From Obrimoposthia wandeli (Eukaryota): DNA of 64,000 nucleotides. Of the stretch, positions 60,535 through 64,000 are shown one piece after another. Position 1 is the stretch's first letter, and each line of letters begins with the position of its first letter. Both the position numbers and the translations under genes were made by a program. The notes beneath the pieces were generated by a model, which searched no databases, had not been told where the DNA came from, and worked only from the letters and a program-made list of their open reading frames with translations. The stretch covers positions 1-64,000 of the forward strand of contig CDROCS010006802.1 in the NCBI GenBank assembly GCA_977020255.1, given 5' to 3'.

Positions 60535-63099
60535 ATGATTACGACACACAACCTAGGCTTCCCACGTATTGGTGCAAAACGCGAACTCAAATTTTCCCTT
60601 GAATCATTCTGGCAAGGAAAAACTTCTGCGACTCACCTAGAGACTGACGCCAAACAAATTCGAGCATTAAACTGGCAAGCTCAAGCGGATTTAGACCTCA
60701 TTCCCGTAGGTGATTTTTCGCTGTACGATCACGTACTGGATACCAGCTTTTTATTGGGAAATATTCCACAACGTGCTTATTCAAACAATGAAAAATTTAA
60801 TGCAAATACATCCGAAGCCCATCTAGAGCAATATTTCCGCATTGCACGTGGTCGCAGCCAAGAAGGTCACTGTTGCAACTCTGTCGATGAAATAAATTCA
60901 TTAGACAAAGATCAAACGAACAAAGAACCTTCAAAACAAAAATCACCTAAACAAGACGTTAGCGCAGGGGAAATGACTAAATGGTTCGATACCAACTACC
61001 ATTACATTGTTCCAGAAGTGAATATCGAAACACACTTCACACTGAACGCTAGTCGTCTACTCGCTCAAATTGAAGAAGCACAAGCTCTGCAAGAAAAATC
61101 AGGTGGCAGCAAGCAAAGCATCAAGCCCGTATTACTCGGACCAATTACGTATTTATCCTTATGTAAAAGCCAAGATGACATCGACCCTCTGGATCTCGCA
61201 GACAACTTAATCAGCTGCTATAGCGAACTATTAACTCAACTAAAAACACACGGCATAGACTGGGTGCAAATTGATGAGCCCATTCTCGTCAGCGAGCTAT
61301 CACAAGAGTGGCGCTACGCGATCGAAAATTGTTATCACACACTCAAATGCAACCCCATTAATATTTTACTCACCACCTACTTTGGTGAGTTACAAGAAAA
61401 CCTACAACTTGCGTGTAATCTGCCCGTTGCGGGCTTACACATAGATGCGATTAATGGCCGCGAAGAAGTTCAAAAAGTGTGCGACTGGTTGCCTGCACAT
61501 AAAATTTTATCTTTGGGTATTATCGATGGCCGCAATATTTGGAAAACCGATTTAAGCCAAACGTTAGACTGGCTTGAACCGATAGCAAAACAGTTAGAAA
61601 GCAGGTTATGGCTTGCGCCTTCTTGTTCTTTACTGCACGTTCCTGTTGATCTTAATAGTGAACTAACAAATAAGCTGACAAATGAGCTAACAGATACATT
61701 AGCAAGTGGATTACGCAGCCAAAAAATCGATAAAGAAATAATTAACTGGCTCGCGTTTGCCAAACAAAAACTGATCGAATTAAACTTACTGGCACAGGCG
61801 CTCTCTCACGGAAGAGACAGCATCAAAGATACCTTAGCTGAAAACAAAGCCGCTATTGATAGCCGCAAACACTCTACTCTAGTTCACAGTGAGGCCGTTC
61901 GCCTGCAACAACAAGCGCTTGAGTCTAAATCCGCGCGAACAGCACTGGCAAATCGTATTAGCCCCTTTGCAATTCGTATCGATAAGCAGCAAGCGCTATT
62001 AAACTTACCTAAATTCCCAACCACTACCATTGGATCTTTTCCACAAACCCAAGAAATTCGTCAAACCCGTTTGCAATTTAAACGTGGAGAGATAAATCAA
62101 AGTGACTACCAAATTCTTATCCAATCACACATTAAAGAAGCCATTCATCAGCAAGAAACCATTGGCTTAGATGTGCTCGTACATGGTGAAGCTGAACGTA
62201 ACGACATGGTGGAATACTTTGGCGAACAATTAAACGGTTATGCGTTTAGCCAATTTGGCTGGGTACAATCTTACGGTTCTCGCTGTGTTAAGCCGCCGAT
62301 TATTTTTGGTGATATTCAGCGCCCTAAAGCCATGACCGTAGAATGGACTTTATATGCGCAGTCATTAACCCACAAGCCCGTAAAAGGTATGCTCACAGGC
62401 CCAGTCACATTATTAAACTGGTCTTTTGTACGTGATGATCAAAGCTTGCAAAAGACCTGTTTACAGCTTGCCATGGCCATTCGTGAAGAAGTATTAGACC
62501 TTGAAAAGGCAGGGGTAAACATTATTCAAATCGACGAAGCGGCATTGCGCGAAGGTCTACCACTAAGAAAAAGTCAGTGGCAGAACTATCTTGGTTGGGC
62601 CATCGAAGCGTTTAAAATTTGCTCAAACGGTGTTAAAGATGAAACTCAGATTCATACCCACATGTGTTATTCAGAGTTCAACGACATCATTGAATCGATT
62701 GCCGACATGGATGCCGATGTAATTACCATCGAAACATCTCGATCGAACATGGAGCTATTAAACGCGTTTGAAAATTTTGAATACCCCAACGATGTTGGCC
62801 CGGGGGTTTATGATATTCACTCACCGAATATTCCAACCCAAGCGCAAATAGTTAACCTAATAAAGCAAGCCGCTGTTCGTATTCCAGCCCAACGCTTATG
62901 GGTTAACCCAGATTGCGGTTTGAAAACACGTCATTGGCAAGAAGTACTGCCTGCTCTTACCAACATGCAAGCGGCGGCTGAACAGCTAAGACTCATCTAT
63001 CAAGAAAAAGACTCTTCAGACGAGTATTCTCGAGAAGAGCATCGTGAAGAAGATGCTACGCCAAAAGCCAAGCAATCAAATTCCATTCAAACAAACTAA
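60535..63099 (+). CDS. metE: Cobalamin-independent methionine synthase
   Basis: [58 protein letters not shown]. Confidence 0.98.
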   Translation: MITTHNLGFPRIGAKRELKFSLESFWQGKTSATHLETDAKQIRALNWQAQADLDLIPVGDFSLYDHVLDTSFLLGNIPQRAYSNNEKFNANTSEAHLEQYFRIARGRSQEGHCCNSVDEINSLDKDQTNKEPSKQKSPKQDVSAGEMTKWFDTNYHYIVPEVNIETHFTLNASRLLAQIEEAQALQEKSGGSKQSIKPVLLGPITYLSLCKSQDDIDPLDLADNLISCYSELLTQLKTHGIDWVQIDEPILVSELSQEWRYAIENCYHTLKCNPINILLTTYFGELQENLQLACNLPVAGLHIDAINGREEVQKVCDWLPAHKILSLGIIDGRNIWKTDLSQTLDWLEPIAKQLESRLWLAPSCSLLHVPVDLNSELTNKLTNELTDTLASGLRSQKIDKEIINWLAFAKQKLIELNLLAQALSHGRDSIKDTLAENKAAIDSRKHSTLVHSEAVRLQQQALESKSARTALANRISPFAIRIDKQQALLNLPKFPTTTIGSFPQTQEIRQTRLQFKRGEINQSDYQILIQSHIKEAIHQQETIGLDVLVHGEAERNDMVEYFGEQLNGYAFSQFGWVQSYGSRCVKPPIIFGDIQRPKAMTVEWTLYAQSLTHKPVKGMLTGPVTLLNWSFVRDDQSLQKTCLQLAMAIREEVLDLEKAGVNIIQIDEAALREGLPLRKSQWQNYLGWAIEAFKICSNGVKDETQIHTHMCYSEFNDIIESIADMDADVITIETSRSNMELLNAFENFEYPNDVGPGVYDIHSPNIPTQAQIVNLIKQAAVRIPAQRLWVNPDCGLKTRHWQEVLPALTNMQAAAEQLRLIYQEKDSSDEYSREEHREEDATPKAKQSNSIQTN

Positions 63100-63231
63100 A
63101 CCAAACACGAATAACATTCTGTATTAACAAGATGTTATTGAGGTTTTTAATTTTAAAACAGGTATATTGATAGCCGCTCTCATTGCAAATGATGACTGCA
63201 TTTACAAGAAAGAATGAATAGAGGTATACCC

Positions 63232-63657
63232 ATGTCAAAGATCTGGTTGGAAACGCCGAAAATTGAAGTATTAAACCGTCAAATGGAAAATACAGCCTGT
63301 AGCAATCTAGGCATTGAAATTACGGAAGTGGGTGATGATTATGTCACGGGGACCATGCCTGCAGATTCACGTACTTTCCAACCGATGGGGCTAATCCATG
63401 GCGGCTCGAATGTATTATTGGCTGAAACACTCGGTAGTATGGCCGCTAATTGCTGCATTGATTTATCACAAGAGTATTGTGTAGGCCAAGAAATTAACGC
63501 AAATCATATCCGCGGCGTTCGTTCGGGCATCGTCACGGGCACTGCAAAGCTAGTACACAAAGGAAGAACCTCCCAAATTTGGGAAATTCGCATCGTTAAT
63601 GATCAAGATAAACTCAGCTGCATCTCGCGCTTAACCATGGCGGTTGTTAAACGCTGA
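63232..63657 (+). CDS. Hotdog-fold acyl-CoA thioesterase (MenI/EntH-like)
   Basis: QPMGLIHGG, LAETLGS, GQEINANH. Start taken at ATG 63232. Confidence 0.9.
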   Translation: MSKIWLETPKIEVLNRQMENTACSNLGIEITEVGDDYVTGTMPADSRTFQPMGLIHGGSNVLLAETLGSMAANCCIDLSQEYCVGQEINANHIRGVRSGIVTGTAKLVHKGRTSQIWEIRIVNDQDKLSCISRLTMAVVKR

Positions 63658-63671
63658 TAGCTCAATCCAGC

Positions 63672-63884
63672 TTATTTGTGATCTGGCTCTAATCCCAGAT
63701 CACATTTTTTACACCCCAACTCAAAGCCCAGCATAGAATCGCGACCCGCTGGAGTAATAACCCAAAGGCGATTAACCCAAGGTGGATCATGGCGCACATG
63801 CTGAAAATGCCCACACGCTAGCTGAGCGACCCAATGATCTTCTTCGTCTTTATGATAACCCGTAATTTTTTGCTTCATCTTCAC
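63672..63884 (-). CDS. DUF3565 family small Cys/His protein
   Basis: GYHKDEEDHWVAQLACGHFQHVRHDPPW...CKKC. Confidence 0.85.
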   Translation of the reverse strand: MKMKQKITGYHKDEEDHWVAQLACGHFQHVRHDPPWVNRLWVITPAGRDSMLGFELGCKKCDLGLEPDHK

Positions 63885-63918
63885 CCTATGTGTTCGAACA
63901 GCCGCTGGTGATCCATCA

Positions 63919-64000
63919 TTATCTTTCAGCTAATACCATCTGTTTTATTTTCACTGCTTTTTCAAAATGATCAAGTTCATGAGTTTTAATCCACCACGTT
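63919..64000 (-). CDS. 3' end of an unidentified gene entering from the right edge
   Basis: Open frame TWWIKTHELDHFEKAVKIKQMVLAER* ending at 63919. Confidence 0.4.
   Translation of the reverse strand, partial: TWWIKTHELDHFEKAVKIKQMVLAER

Overview
Chromosomal, mostly housekeeping window from a gammaproteobacterium. Synteny is Pseudomonas/Oceanospirillales-like, and the esterase at 59.1 kb resembles, from memory, the Oleispira antarctica esterase, so an Oleispira-like organism is likely. Conserved blocks: yafJ plus an ATP-grasp ligase / 7TM-transglutaminase / aspartic peptidase operon (frameshifted as sequenced); trmJ-cysE-iscR-iscS-ndk-rlmN-pilF-ispG-hisS-yfgM-bamB-der; suhB; membrane-anchored csp; slyX; plsB; rsmJ-uppP-tsaB; a histone H1-like gene; adk; ppc; cysM-rlmD-relA-mazG; gacS; rpoE-rseA-rseC-mucD-lepA-DUF4845-rnc-era-recO-pdxJ-acpS; nadB; sdhE-ygfX; ygfZ; two HDOD genes; acyl-CoA hydrolase; esterase; metE; hotdog thioesterase. 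I saw no rRNA, tRNA, CRISPR array, prophage or autonomous IS. Most notable observations: (1) a 110-bp MITE-like element with 13-bp terminal inverted repeats and a 6-bp target duplication upstream of ppc; (2) absence of rodZ, lepB, rseB/mucB and iscU-iscA-hscBA-fdx from their canonical operons, with matching sequence changes in IscS and RseA; (3) many 11-20 bp tandem microduplications that add peptide inserts to core proteins and duplicate start or stop regions; (4) an rseD-like leader ORF overlapping rpoE downstream of a sigmaE promoter; (5) a membrane-anchored arrestin-like protein and a histone H1-like protein. Indels at 0.8-3 kb and in ygfZ may be sequencing errors. All calls come from motif recognition and recalled family knowledge; no database search was run.
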